The notes under the pieces are model-generated. The model worked only from the letters and a program-made list of their open reading frames with translations, was not told where the DNA came from and did no database searches. Shown here one piece after another: positions 12,337 through 25,996 of a DNA stretch of 64,000 nt. The position numbers and the translations under genes are program-made. Source of the stretch: Chlorokybus atmophyticus (taxonomy: Eukaryota; Plantae; Mesostigma and Chlorokybus algae); the NCBI GenBank assembly GCA_009103225.1, contig RHPI01002069.1:1594744-1658743 (forward strand), in the 5' to 3' direction. Numbering within the stretch: the first letter of the stretch is position 1; the number at the start of each line of letters is the position of its first letter.

Positions 12337-15300
12337 ATGAACAGCGTGGACGCTCAGCGCGTGGTGGCGGTGGCGGACGAGGTCATCGCTGACATGCACC
12401 GTCTCGCCACCTACGCCCACCTCGCCACTGTTGCCACTACCATCCCGAGCAGAGGTGCACGCACATCTCTTTTGCTCTCACACACATGAGCACACGCGTA
12501 CGCGCGCACGTATAGACACATGCACACAAAGCGCACACTTTGACATACCCGCGCACCCGCACGCACGCGCACACGTATACGCACGCACGTGCACATGGAA
12601 AAGTCAGCGAACCATACTACCGTGAATGACACCACACTGGTCGTATATGATCAGACCACATGTGGCACACCGTCATGACCACTCATGGCCAACATAACCG
12701 TTACGACCACATGTGGCCAGCCGTCATGACAGCTGTGACCACTGTGTATGGTGTGAATGCATGCCACATATGGTATGAATGTGCACGACATATGTGGTGG
12801 TGAACTCAGCACCACATGCATATGGTCTGTCATTAGCACCACATATGGTCTGCCGGTCAAGTGATTGACGAGAGAGTTACCACCATGAGTGTTTGTAATG
12901 TTATGACCATGCTATTGTGGTGGTGAAGTCACACCACTGATCGGTTCATACCATGCAGGGTCGGCTGATCATGTGTTGAATGGAAAGTTACCACCTGAAT
13001 TGGTTGTGACATCGTGACTTTGGGTTTGTGGTGGTGAGACCACACCCGCCTCGTTAATTATATGCATGGCCTTAATATATGCATGTGAATTGCCAACATC
13101 CTCACTATCTGCAGTTGAGTGTTTGCTGTTGGCAAACCGCACGATTGCACTGCAACTTGCTGTTTGCCAACACCCATTGTTAATTATGAAACATGCATGC
13201 TATAGGCAACTCGTAGAATGGAGTTTCACATGCTTATTAAAGAAGGAAAAGGTCACTAGCAGCGATTACAACTTAAATTAACATGCCTTCTCAATGAGTA
13301 AATGTAATTTACCAAAAAGTTTAGCCTACGTGTGCAAAAGGTAGTTGCAAACATCATGATGCTTACGACACAATGTCACATGCGCATTGATGCAAGGTTG
13401 CTGAGTCTTCTTAATGATAAGAAAGCATGAAATGTAAACATGTCATGCTAGCGCACGCACTCATGTTCACAAGGCTACACTACGGTGGTATGAGGTTGTA
13501 TATGTGACTTGAATGATATTGTACAACACAAGTGCCAACATGTGTCTATGATGCACTTTATCTGTGATGCATGCAATCAATGCGACACTTTCCAAGGCAC
13601 AAGAGATTAGCCAATAGCTATAGTCTCGTTCGCAAGTGCAGGACTTACCCTAGGGTAAGACCTACACAGGTGTAACCAAGTGCATGTGCACTTGGTTACA
13701 CTTGTGTGGGCTTGCGCGTTCAATGCATGGTGGCGTCACTGACTATGTTGTGTACCGCGGCACCTTGCGTGTGTCAAGTGTCTCACAGTTTGCATGCATC
13801 ACAAGAAGCGCAATCGCCACAATAATGCATGCATATGATGCATGCAATCAATGCGACAAAGTCATCCACCCTCACGCGGGAGTACATGTAATTGTGTGCA
13901 AGAATACCTGAAGTGTAAAGAAGTAGTGCTGACCTTATGGCCACCGCTCAACCATTCATCACTTTGACTCACCCACCCACTATCACACGCAACTGAGTGG
14001 TAGTGTCACATCATGATGCGATATTGTGCATGAGGGTGGGTGAGTGTGCGCGAAAGTGCAAGCAACTGGTATTGTTGCTCTGGAACAAGCCTTAGTCATT
14101 ACCTGAAGTGCAAATGATTTGCGCTTCACTCACACTCACCCACCCTCAAGCGCATGCAATTCTGTGGTATGCCATATGGTATGCCATATCAGTGGTCACA
14201 TGCAACATTGTGCAAGAGTACATGAAGTGCAAAGAGCTGGTCTTATTGCTTCAGGACAAACTTTATTCAGGCACTCACCCTCCCTCCAGCACATGCCACT
14301 GAGTGGCAAGATCACAATGCAATATGGTGCATAAAGCACGTAAAGTGCAAAGAACTAGTCCCGCCGTTTTGGGACAGGATATGAACACTCACCCACCCTA
14401 AGGCACATGCACTTGAGTGGCAGGCTCCCATGCACTATTGTGCAAGAGTACTTGAAGTGCAAACAACTGTGTACATGTTGCTTCAAGACAAGATTTGCAC
14501 TTCAGGCACACTTAACCACCCTTAGGCACATGCAATTGCCAACCACTCGGAGTGGTACAATCACATGCACCGTTGTGCAAGAGTACCTGAAGTGCAAACA
14601 ACTGTGTACATGTTGCTTTAAGACAAGATTTGCACTTCATGCACACTCACCCACCTTCACGCACATGCAAGTTGAGTGGTACAATTACATACAATATCGT
14701 GCAAGAGTATCTTAAGTGCATCGAACTAGTCATGTAGCTTCTTGACCGGATTTGCACTCCAGCCACACCCACCCTGAAACACATTTAAGTAAGTGGCAGG
14801 ATCACATGTATTAATATAAAAGAGCACATGCAGTGCGAAGAATTATTCATGTTGCTTCAGGAGGACTTCCACTTTAAGCAGACTCACCCACTCTTAGGCA
14901 CATGCAATTCAGTGGCCGGATCACATATTGTGCAAAAGTACTTGAAGTGCAAAAAACAAATTGTGTTACATCAGAACATATGCAAGATGCACTCCAGCCA
15001 CACTCACCCACCCCTAGGCGCATGCAGTTTAGTGGCAGGATCACATGCACTTATAAGGTTACTTGTAAACTTGCGGGGCCTGAGTAGCTCCCAGCCATCT
15101 CAAGTTGCTTGAGGTTAATAGATTTAAGCTGACTACATAAGAGGTGGCCTAAAGTTATTATACTTAAGTCTTGCACTTTCAAGGACTCCGAGTATCAAGA
15201 CACAACAATGTCAGTAAGAGCTCCTACTCAATTCAAATTACTTGGGGGTGGCAGAGTCGAACTGAATGCTTACATTGAGACATAAAGTATTAAGAAGAAC

Positions 15301-15949
15301 TTTTTCTGCACTTCATGCAAGTCACACTTCAAGTCAGTTCATGCAACTTCATGATTCATCGCTGCTTGCGCACAACAATTGCCTCCAACTTGATGGCGTT
15401 CAGCGCGGCCTTGACATTGTCATTGCTAATGAGGATTAAATGCCGCTGTATCCCGCTGTGACCGACAACATCGTAGCCGTGCGTGTCATCGCATGTATCT
15501 TGCAAGTCTCCACGACCTTAGTCACATCTATGAGCTCATTGTTGTGAGCCTCAAAGCAATTGGGAAATGCCTCAAAGACGTTGCGGTTTGCCAACCGTTT
15601 TCGCAACCACCGGAATATCAATGGTACATGGCCGCATTGACCTTCGCTCATTTGTATTGTTGACATGCACACACCATGCATACACACCATGCACATTTAC
15701 ACATCATGATGTGTACATGTGCTCATCACATGTACACATTGTGCCCCTGCACGCACACACACACATGCGTAGGTATAATACACATATGTGTGTATATGCT
15801 ACTATGTACTCAAATATGTACATACACTTATATATGTGCGTGTGCGTGCGGGCGTACGTATATGTACACGCACACATGTATATATGTATGTATGTATGTG
15901 TGTATGTATGTATGTATATATAAGCAACACGCACACACGCACGCACACG

Positions 15950-15985
<36 letters not shown>

Positions 15986-16129
15986 NNNNNNNNNNNNNNN
16001 NNNNNNNNNNNNNNNNNNNNNNNNNNNNNNNNNNNNNNNNNNNNNNNNNNNNNNNNNNNNNNNNNNNNNNNNNNNNNNNNNNNNNNNNNNNNNNNNNNNN
16101 NNNNNNNNNNNNNNNNNNNNNNNNNNNNN

Positions 16130-16195
<66 letters not shown>

Positions 16196-16602
16196 CATAT
16201 ATGTATATTTGTGTATATGTGTACATATACACATATAGAAAGTATATATGTGTGTGTACATATATATACACATATATATACATACATATATATACCTATA
16301 TATATGTATGTGTGTGTATGTGTGTGTGTGTATATGGAAACCATATGTGCACACAGTATGTACATGTAAGTAAAGCATGTATATTGTACTTCACTGCAGT
16401 ACATGTGATACACGTCAACCCTAGCGGTGCGCACATCATGTGCTAGGCGCACAGTGCGCATAGTCTGCGCGCGCCGTTTATCCCGCTTATAATTTTTGAC
16501 CGCCCACAATTTTAATGAGGTTGTTTCATGATTGTTGGATTTCCATCTGACGGTGGGAGTTCGCTTATGACCACTGCAACAGCCGGCAACTGCTTCGCAA
16601 CA

Positions 16603-16633
<31 letters not shown>

Positions 16634-16978
16634 GCGGTGGCAAAGAGGCCAACGGCGGCAGCAGCCACATGAGGGGCGCCCCTCAGTAACTCCCCTCGTC
16701 TCCCATATGTGAGTATAGTTGGCGGCGACGACCAAGTGCATGTGCTGCCGCTGCAGGCTACGGGATGCAGCCTGCAGCGACTGTGTGCTTGTGTGTATAA
16801 ATAGAGTGGTTTGTATGTGTGAGCGGGCAGGTGAGCAGTTCGCGGTTGTTCTGCGTGTGTGATCTGGTGTATCTATTGTTGGCAGCAGCTCAGCATACCG
16901 TATCTACTGTGTTAGAGCCCCCCCTAGTATAGCCCCCCTCAGCAAACAGGGGTGGGGGGGCTCCAATCGAATGTACAG

Positions 16979-17058
<80 letters not shown>

Positions 17059-19646
17059 NAAGCCTATGTACTCACTGCATTGCATGCAACCACCAGCATG
17101 ATACGAACCGATGGCATAGAAGCAGGGCACTATAAAAGCGGGGAGAGGGGCTTCAACCGCATCATGCGTGACACAATGTTGCACACATTAACATCTCTAT
17201 TACTCTAATCACTCAACTCAGTACCATTAACATCTCCAACATCATCATCGCTATCTACAACCTCCTCCGGATCTTCACCATCATCGTTTTCATCCGATAG
17301 TGCAACACCTCCGTCGCCGTTGATAGTTCTGCGCGCGCGATGGCCTGCAGCTCCAAGTCTTCTTGCTCCTTTGGATGCAGCACTTCTCTCATCAAAACCT
17401 CATCCTCATCCAAATCCAAGTCCGCTGAAGGTGCCCAATCATGCTCACTCCCTTCCAAAGCAATGCTGATGCCAGTCTTGAGGCAAGACTTGCAAATAAT
17501 ATCGGGAGACATCTTCTCCCACTGGGACAACTTTTCCCACTGGGACCGACATGCATCCTTTACCCATTGCACCACAAGCATTTGTGTGTGGGTGGACGCT
17601 TGTGGCAAAAAGGTGTGAACGTGTGCTGATTGGGATCAGCTGCCCACATATTGTACTGCAAGCAATCATTGTGAGTCACAACACTTGTCAATCAACAGGC
17701 AACTTGTGTTGAATCAGCATGTCACCTGTGCCTTCATGATGGCCTTGAATGGTTTGTTAATGCTCACATCCAATGGTTGGGCAACGGGTGTTAAACTACC
17801 ACCAATGACTGCCCGATCAACACGCGCACGCTGGTCTTCTCCTTCACGCTCTCACACTTGTGTGCATTGAAACTGTCCAACACCAAGAGAGCGCGCTCAC
17901 CATACACCTGCCACACGCACATGGCTTTATTTTCAACTTGAGTGGCATGACTTGCCAACTCATGTGTATGCATGTATGTGATTTGGGCGTTTGCGCATAA
18001 CATCAATCACCCAATGCTTCATTAACTCCTCGTTCATCCACCCTTTAGTGCTTGCATACACAATAACACTAGGCACGAGGTTGTCAATCATATCTTTGGG
18101 CACATTCTTCGGCTTGAAGACAACGGTTGGCATGAGTTTACCACCATCAGGTGAACAAGCTAAGACTACCGTGATGTTTCTCTTCTCATAGCAAGGGCTA
18201 TCCATCCATTCAAACAGTTTTAGCACCACACTGGTTGATGGTGGTGCCGCTAATCATTTCGCATGGGATGGGAGTCTCATCCATATTCACCATGCAACAT
18301 AACCTGTAATTCTAGCGCTTGCCCAAGATGTACACGTATTAACGAAAGCCTTCAAACTTCTCCTCCAGGTCTTTGGGCTGATGTTGCCTAAAGGAAGCCT
18401 TCAATACGATCTTCTTGTTGGGGTTGTCCTCGTTAAACGTTTTAACTAGGATAGTAGCATGCTCCTGCGCAAGCACTGCCATCAAGAGTAACATCTAACA
18501 TGTTGACAATGCCAATGTGGCCATACAATCAGTCCATTAACTTGCATCATTGTGGCTGTGACTGGCAAGTTGCGCATGTGTTGACACAAATAAAAGACAC
18601 CACACCATCTTCCACAACTTTGTAAGCTACTCGCCGCCCTGCACCTTTTAGACGAAAGGCCACCATTGAAGCCGAGAGAATGTGGTCTCTTTGCTTCAAC
18701 CATGTGCGAACAGACTTTGGTGCAACGCCAATCTTCTTGGCAACACATTTTTAAGTCCAGCCATGGTCAACCATGCAAATGGCTTTCACCTGCGTGTGCA
18801 TTGTGCTTGTTTGCTGTACTTCCAATCACTGAGTCAATGCACATGACATGTGCAATAGAGCAGCTGCAGGCAATTACCCCACACATGCATGCATGTAATG
18901 ATGGTGCTATGTTGCTTTACCAAGGTCAAATGCACATGACGCATGAATATAGCTTGGGTGCAACAGAGCAAGCGGTTGATCACCCATATGCACGCAGATG
19001 GGTGCAACATAGCAGGCAACTGGCGACACATATGCACGCATGTTGATACCTTACCTCTTGCTACATGGTGCGCTGATTCCTCATGTAGTTTTTTGTCTTC
19101 CTGTGGGTCTTTGAACTGGTTGTTGAACCATGCGTTGCACTCCAACTAACGTTCTCCTCCGGCATGTGGCGGCTCAGCTAGCCTTTCTACCCCTGCAGCC
19201 GCTGCCGCAGCGACAGCACTAGCAGCCTCCATCGCTGCTTGCGCAGTGAACGCTGTATTGCGAGCTTCCTCTATTATAAGCAACCAGAGTCAGCTTCCCT
19301 TGCCGCCCGCCGCCGCCGCCGCCGCCGCGAAGAAGCAGGAGGAGGCAGGCCGCCAAACTACGCGCGCAAGCATAACGCAAAATTGCCGCGCAAAATTGCG
19401 TTACGCTTACGACATGCAACTAAACTACTGTGAATTACGCTATACAGCGTAACCTCTAGCAATAAATACCAGCCTCCCCATAGATTACAGCCCCCCCTCT
19501 AATTGAGCCCCCGCCAGCAACAAGGGGTGGGTGGGCTGTAGTTTAGCGGGGGGCTCTAACAGAGTACATAAGGTATGTGCTAACGGCAGCTCAGCACATG
19601 TGTGCCTAACCGTGTGTATGCGTGCACACGCTTGTCTGCATGTCTC

Positions 19647-19717
<71 letters not shown>

Positions 19718-22219
19718 ACTCGCTTTAGCTGTTACAGGCGCCATTACTATTGCAACTCCAAGTGTGGTTATTGCGCCTCCCTTTTTCCTGTCAAGGTAAG
19801 CACATTATGATGCTCTTGCATGAGTTCTACCTAAGCCGCGCTCGTGCGTGCATGAGTGCGCGCATGTGTGCACGTGTACGCCTTGCATCCGTGTTGCGTG
19901 CATGTCTCTGTCTTGTAGTTGGTTTGTTTCGCACATGCTTTGGCTGCTACAGGCTATTATTACTATTGCAACTCTAGTTAAGCACTTTATGTTGCTCCAT
20001 AATCTTGCATGACCTGATCTAAGGCGCGCGCGTGCGTGTGTGAGGGCATGTGTGCGTGCGTGTGTGTCACTTGTTGCAGGTGATGACGAAAACTAAAGTG
20101 CATATGCTAGCATAGCATATCATAGTAACCTTTTCAGCATGTGGGCTTGTTGAGCTTATCGTTTGGTCGTTTTGAAAGGGTTGATGCAGTTGTAATGGTT
20201 GTTGTGTCGCTTCAAATACATATATCTTGATGAATTCAGCTATATATGAGTGTTTTGCGGATTGCCACCCCCGCATGTTACCATTGTTCCAAGTGGTGCA
20301 TCGGCAATTCACAAGTCAACATCATACGGAATGAATTGTTGTATGTACTTGCATATGCTGGTCGTAAAATACATGCCGCATTTCGTCATGCATGTTTCAA
20401 CCACCTTTGTTATGTCCACACTTGTATGGTTCGCAAACCATGAACGAGATGATGACATGACACTATATATGGCCTAACCGTTGCACCATACTGGTCGTGC
20501 ATAGTTAAAACATGTATAGTATGATTACTATACCATATTGGTGATATTTTTCACAACGATTATGATCTCAATTCTTCGTTATGACATGACCAGTATGGTT
20601 CGCAAACCATGGACGAGGTAATGACGGTGGACCATATGTGGTCCTGTGTCGTGCATGCCATACTGGAGACATATGGCCGTGAGTGTGGTCGTGAGCTACG
20701 ATCTGGTGGTCACAACCGTTGTGACCACCAATGGTTCGCGCTGACTTTTCCATGTGGTGCGCGCGCGTCTGCGTCTCCACCCTTCCACTCGCACGTGCAC
20801 ATATACTCATGCCTGTGCCACCCCCCCACACCAACCCTCATACAACATGTGCCGACTCCAGGTCTTCCCCCCTTCCTACCTCCCCTCTCCCTCCCCCTCC
20901 CTCCTCGTCTCCTCCCTCTCCTCCTCCTCCTCTTTCGCCGCCAATGGCATCCTCTTGCCCCAGGAGGGCGCGCTGGCCGCCACGCACGCTTTAACTAAGT
21001 TATTTGTGCGCGCGCGGGGGGAGAGGTCAAGCCTTGTTGGATGCGCTAGAAGAGGAGGGGAGAGTGGGGGTGTCGCCAGCACTCGCATGTTCATGGAGAC
21101 AATGCGGGCGCTGAGGGAGAATGTGGTCAACAAGTTTACGACCACGGTGGAGCAGGCGGCACGAAGCGCCGCGCAGGTCGATGACTGAGCAAAAGTGGGT
21201 GCAAGCACGCGCTCTCATGTGCATGTGCGTGTTGGCCGTTTTGCATGCGTGTGCGCGCGCGTGTGCATCTTTGTGTGCAGGTGCGTGCACTCACAGATGT
21301 GCTCACACCTCACACATGAGGCGAAGAGGAGGGAAGAGCGTGTGGAGAGGCATCTGGCAGCGTTGGAGCAGCAATCGCGCGTGGAAGGCAGAGAGCAAAG
21401 ACATACGAGCCATCGCCGACGCCGAGGTGACAACAACAGGTGGTCACAACCAACACGCCTAAGACCAAACTGCACACACCCGCGGGCTCGTGCTAGCAAT
21501 GAGGTCAATTGCGTCCAGCGCCTCGCCAGTCACGCCGCCTCTCACCTCCTCACCGCGTCCAACACCTCCGAGCTTTCCAACTTCTCCTCCTTCTCCTCCT
21601 TCTCCTTCTTCTCGTCCTTCTCATCTCCACTGTCCGCTCGGAGTCCGCGGCCGCGGAGGCGGTGCTGGCGAGGGCGCGGGCTGCCCAGGCCGACGCAGAG
21701 CCGACGCGGAGTTTAAAGTGCAGGAAGGGAGAGCTTGGCTCGCGGAGTAGGATAGGGATGTTGGAAGTAAACACGGACAGCTCGTTGCAGGTGGGGAGTT
21801 GGTGTGGGTGTGGGTGTTTTTGATGATCTTATCGAGCTGTGCACACTGGTGTTCACGCGCACGCACCACAATGTGTGTGTGTATGTGTGCGCGTGTGCGC
21901 GTGCATACGCAAGCACATATCGTATGCCACCTGCGACATGCATGCATGCATGCTCAACTGCGGCTTTGTGACTTGAATGTGACTTAAAGGCAGCCTACGC
22001 ACGCGAGGAGGCTCAAAAACTGTGAATACTTTTTCCACGTATGCAATCTGAGGACAAGTGTGTGAGGCCTCTCACTCATACGTGTCACGTCGAGTGTCGC
22101 TGTTGCTCACGCCGTGTGGACTCTTCTACTACAATAGGATGAGAAGCTGGCTACAGAGAAGATGCAAGCCGAGCTGCGCTTGGTTAGCACTTTACTTGCG
22201 TAAGGCTGAGAGCCGGTGC

Positions 22220-22274
<55 letters not shown>

Positions 22275-22770
22275 CACTACTCTATCTGCACACAACACTT
22301 TACCGGTCATGACTTGGCCCTTTTCCTGCTCATCTGATCAAAAAGAGGAGAGCAAGAAATTCCGGGACTTTGCGGCGCGGCGCATCCAGCAGCAGTGGCG
22401 TGCGTTCGTTGCCGCGCGGCAAGCCGAGCAGGCCGAAAAGGGGGGCGAGAAGGGCTCTATAAAGAAGAAAGCGTCCGCCAAGGTGTGCGCCCGCGGGTGT
22501 ATATATGCCAATGGGTGTGTTTGTGCACGCGTGTGCACTAAGTGAGTCTGGATGAGTGATGTGTTGTGTCTCTCGTCTCTTTGTAGGGAGCTGCGCCTGC
22601 GAAAAAGGGTTCTGCCAATCAAGGGTATTGTGTTTTCCAGTTATGCGTATGCCGGTGGGATAAAGCGATTTTTGCTGAGTGCTGCAAGTGTTCATGATGT
22701 GGGGTTGCATATGCAATCGCGAGCAGGGGCAAGAAATCCCCAAAAAAAGGTGCGAGCAACTTGCTCTTGA
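12337..22770 (+). CDS. Divergent dynein regulatory complex subunit DRC10/IQCD-like. Exon 1 12337-12454, further exons about 20860-21165, 21280-21790, 22140-22185, 22335-22482; 3' end uncertain.
   Basis: N-terminus MNSVDAQRVVAVADEVI resembles DRC10/IQCD. STRMFMETMRALRENVVNKFTTTVEQ matches the middle block, and the C-terminal IQ motif AARRIQQQWRAF is followed by a K/G-rich tail. The central coiled-coil exons are poorly resolved. Confidence 0.5.
12635..13055. repeat. Array of short palindromic ACCACA/TGTGGT motifs beginning CACTGG; CACTA-like subterminal region
   Basis: Many direct and inverted GACCACATGTGG/ACCACATATGGT motifs. A similar array occurs at 20400-20735. No TSD confirmed. Confidence 0.35.
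13890..15060. repeat. Degenerate tandem satellite, unit ~115-135 bp, about 9-10 copies
   Basis: Recurring TGCAAGAGTACnTGAAGTGCAAA, CACTCACCCACC and GAGTGG at about 13897, 14100, 14211, 14335, 14441, 14577, 14700, 14822 and 14930. Confidence 0.85.
15880..16335. repeat. Compound (TA)n/(CA)n/(TG)n microsatellite spanning an assembly gap
   Basis: Directly visible, with an N run inside. Confidence 0.95.
16907..19564 (-). mobile_element. Pogo-family (Tc1/mariner) DNA transposon with degenerate DDE_1 transposase
   Basis: TIRs CTGTGTTAGAGCCCCCC / GGGGGGCTCTAACAGAG flanked by TA at 16905-16906 and 19565-19566. Transposase fragments MDETP, EKRNITVVLACSPDGGKLMP, KGWMNEELM, LLVLDSFNAH and QPLDVSINKPFK, with stops and frameshifts. 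Confidence 0.9.
19652..19712. repeat. (CT)n microsatellite
   Basis: Directly visible. Confidence 0.95.
20400..20735. repeat. Second array of palindromic ACCA/TGGT motifs (CACTA-like subterminal region)
   Basis: GTATGGTTCGCAAACCATG occurs twice, plus TGGTGGTCACAACCGTTGTGACCACCA. Resembles 12635-13055. Confidence 0.3.
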
Positions 22771-24542
22771 AGAAGAAGAGCGGCAAGAAAATCCTGGATG
22801 ACATGGCACTATGATACATCATGCTTTTCTGAGATGTGATTTTGCCGATATAAGCAGCATAGCGTTGTAAGTCGTGCAGTTTGCCTAGATAATATAAGAC
22901 CCACATGTGATTGCACAGCTAATGACATTAATTTAACTTTCATATTATTGTCACATATTATACGCTTGTGTCGTCTTCCCTATAGTTGGAAGTTTCCAAT
23001 CAAGTATTCATATCAGTGTCATGCATATATAGTGCATATACAACACAAATTTGCATAAGTCATGGTACATGCGCATATACTAACAGTTGTATATCATTTA
23101 ACCAAAGCTGATTGATGAAAGAGGGTTCAATGAAAGTGTGTGCGTACAGAGCCTGTGTTAGCTTGCCAAGCAATTTTATGCCAGTTTTGGGGGGGGGGGG
23201 GGGGGGGGGGGGGGGGTCGTGGGTCTGGATTCAAGAAGCAAGTGCCAGTACTAGCATAAACTGCAAGTTACGCGGCCAAGTTGCAGATTAAACTTGTTGC
23301 AACCAAATTGACTGGCGGCGGGGCCAGTCAATTTGGTCGCAAAAAGTTACACACGTAACCACTAGTCCTCCAAATTCAAGCACGATATAACACACTGAGC
23401 ATGAAATCACACATTTATTAAACATGATTTGTCTCATTGCCAAACACATGTGTATATTGCAATTGATAGCTTATGCACATTATGTACAGCACGCCCAACA
23501 GTAACACATATCTCAACCTTACAATTCAGTATAAGTACGACATAAACATGTTATCAAGCCTTGTCTGCTGGTGATGTTGACATTATTGGTTTAATCAGCA
23601 AGGGCAAGCATCTAAAATAGTCAGATAATAATACTCAAGTCAGAATGATGCAGAACGGTTGCGCACTCTTATGTGACAGTACATTATGCTGATTACACAG
23701 GTTGTGCAAGCTTTAAACACCATGTTTGTTGATATAAGTTCGCACTTAAGCTTGTGCGCCCCGCACTTGAGGGTGTTTGAAGAAGACAGGTGTCATTTAT
23801 GGTTTAAGCGCTGCGAATTACAAGTGTAGTTACTACACTTGAGTTTAATACGGTGTAATCTGGTCTGCCACTCTACTTGCAACACTCGTGTCTGTGTGTT
23901 TGTGTATATGAGCAGACCAACGTGGCAATTATACACATACCCACAACCATAATCGCTGATTGCATATTATGTATACATACATATACGCTTTGTAGAAGTA
24001 TCCGCATATACATACACATATACATGCCATTTATGGCATTGTCCGCTATCTGTATGCTGATGTTGATGCTTGTGCACTAGGTTGGATACTGCATGCTTAT
24101 GCTGACATGCTGTTGCATGAACTGACTAACTAACTACTGTATCGAGTACTGCTCCAACGGCTCCAACGTACTAACAGAATACCCTGTAGGCATGCGGCGG
24201 CGGGGCCAGTCACTTAGCGGCGTCGTCGTCGTCTTCTGCTCCCGCTCAGTCAGCTCCTGACACATATGCTTCTGCTGCGCACATGATGATGCCTACCCTT
24301 TGCCCTGCTTCCCCATATCTTGCCCTACGCACTACTGTTAAGTCTAGTGTCGTAGTGGTGTAGCGCTGTTCAAAGCCCTCTTATTACTTGTCTACTTGTG
24401 TTGTTGCTTGATGTGGGTTTGGGTTGCACAAGATTGCGTATTGCATTTTACACTTTATGTTTACATGTGTCATGTTCACGTATGTGCAAACAGTTATATT
24501 AGACTTAACTATGCAATGACGTTTTGCGAAAATATTCGGCTA

Positions 24543-24734
24543 TCGTATTTACCCGGATGGAAGCCCCCCCTTTTCACACAAGCCTCCCACCCTTATTTTC
24601 TCGGGGGGGGGGGGCCCTAATAGAGCCTGTTTTTGCCCATGAAACGGCATTTTTGTACAGAGGGCCCCCACCCTTTTTTGCCAAAGGGGCTTCTAATAGG
24701 TAATAGGGGGGGGCTTCTATCCGGGTAAACACGG
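24543..24734. mobile_element. 192 bp MITE, pogo-type
   Basis: ~28 bp TIRs (TCGTATTTACCCGGATGGAAGCCCCCCC versus reverse complement CCGTGTTTACCCGGATAGAAGCCCCCCC) flanked by TA on both sides. Confidence 0.85.
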
Positions 24735-25996
24735 TAGTCCACCTTGAGACCAAGGGCCTGAGTTGTAAGGCGTTTGCTATGTAACTTGTAAAATTTTCAG
24801 TATGGTTTTCAACCGCCGGTCGATCCGGATCAAAGCCAAGATCACAACCGGACTGTGACTGACCCAGCGTCCGGGAAAATCGTTGCGAGATCCCTTTATG
24901 CATACTGTCCAAAGCTTACCCGCCACGTGGCGCGAGCCCTCGGATTGCTAGTTTGGTAGGACGCGGCAACCGAAAGTGTTGTCAATGCGCGGGCGCGCGA
25001 GCCTGCGCCACTTTGGCTCCCGGTTTCCGGTTGATCGCAAGTGTAAATTTGGGTGCACCGCCCAAATCCGCAACACCGCGCTCGCGCAGTAACCCGGCGC
25101 AAACCTGCCACGTGCACGCTAGCGGCGCATCATCATGCAAATCGCCAAATGACCCGCGCTTACGCATCAGCACGCGCTGCTGCCGGGTCGCGCCTTTATT
25201 GAATCTGCGCGCCCTATGTCACTGCTGAGTGAAACGTACTGCAACAAACTTTTGCAACTCGATGGCAATACAATAGGCCTAGTGACACAAAGACTCAAGT
25301 AGCCTAGTTAACCTACTTGAAGTAGGTTGATAGTGATGTAATCAATCATGCTGTTCCAATAATAACATAAAAAGGTTAAACTGCTGCCGTTCATCATTTT
25401 TCTTTTAAAAACGTTATTGAGATGTGTAAACTTGAATGGTTGTGCTGCAGACTGGAGTGTGCATGTGCTGGTTGAGGCATTTTACGTACCTGGTAGTTTG
25501 TCATCTACACGTATACGTGATTGCGGGCCCCTACTTTATAAAACCTAGTAAAGACGAGGAGATTATTTATTTTACCTGATCCGAGCACCCCCTTTTTACA
25601 AAACTCTCCACTCCCTTAAGGAAGAAAGCATGAAGTTGCTTTTTATAAACTGAAGAGGGGGAGGTCTTGGACCAAAGGGGGGGGGGGCTTCNCGGAATTA
25701 CTTATCTAGAAGATGTAAGTTTACATTGAACACACATGACCGGGCATACTGTCGGTTCAGCACTTCACACCCCCGCGTGACGCGTCACATCGTAGTGCGT
25801 CACGTGACTGGGAATTGAAATTCGCGAAAGTTTTCACGAAAGCTCGCGCGCGTCAGCAGTGCTGACTCAGCACTTCACTCCTGTTGGCAGTTAACAACCT
25901 CCATCGCCATCGCCACCACCGCCAGGTCCTGGTCCTCCGCCGCCGCCGCCGCCGACACGCGGAAGGAGGAGGTATACCTCCCACCCCCCATTTGCC

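Noticed and set aside
13890-15060. CRISPR array or repeat-protein gene
   Set aside because: Repeats are degenerate along the whole unit, there are no unique spacers or cas genes, the context is eukaryotic, and unit lengths do not preserve frame.
15676-16668. Long ORFs (193-288 aa)
   Set aside because: Artefacts of TA/CA microsatellites and an N gap.
24740-25250. Structured ncRNA (GC-rich, GAAA-capped stem near 24965)
   Set aside because: A few short stems only and no recognisable family; more likely TE interior or promoter sequence.
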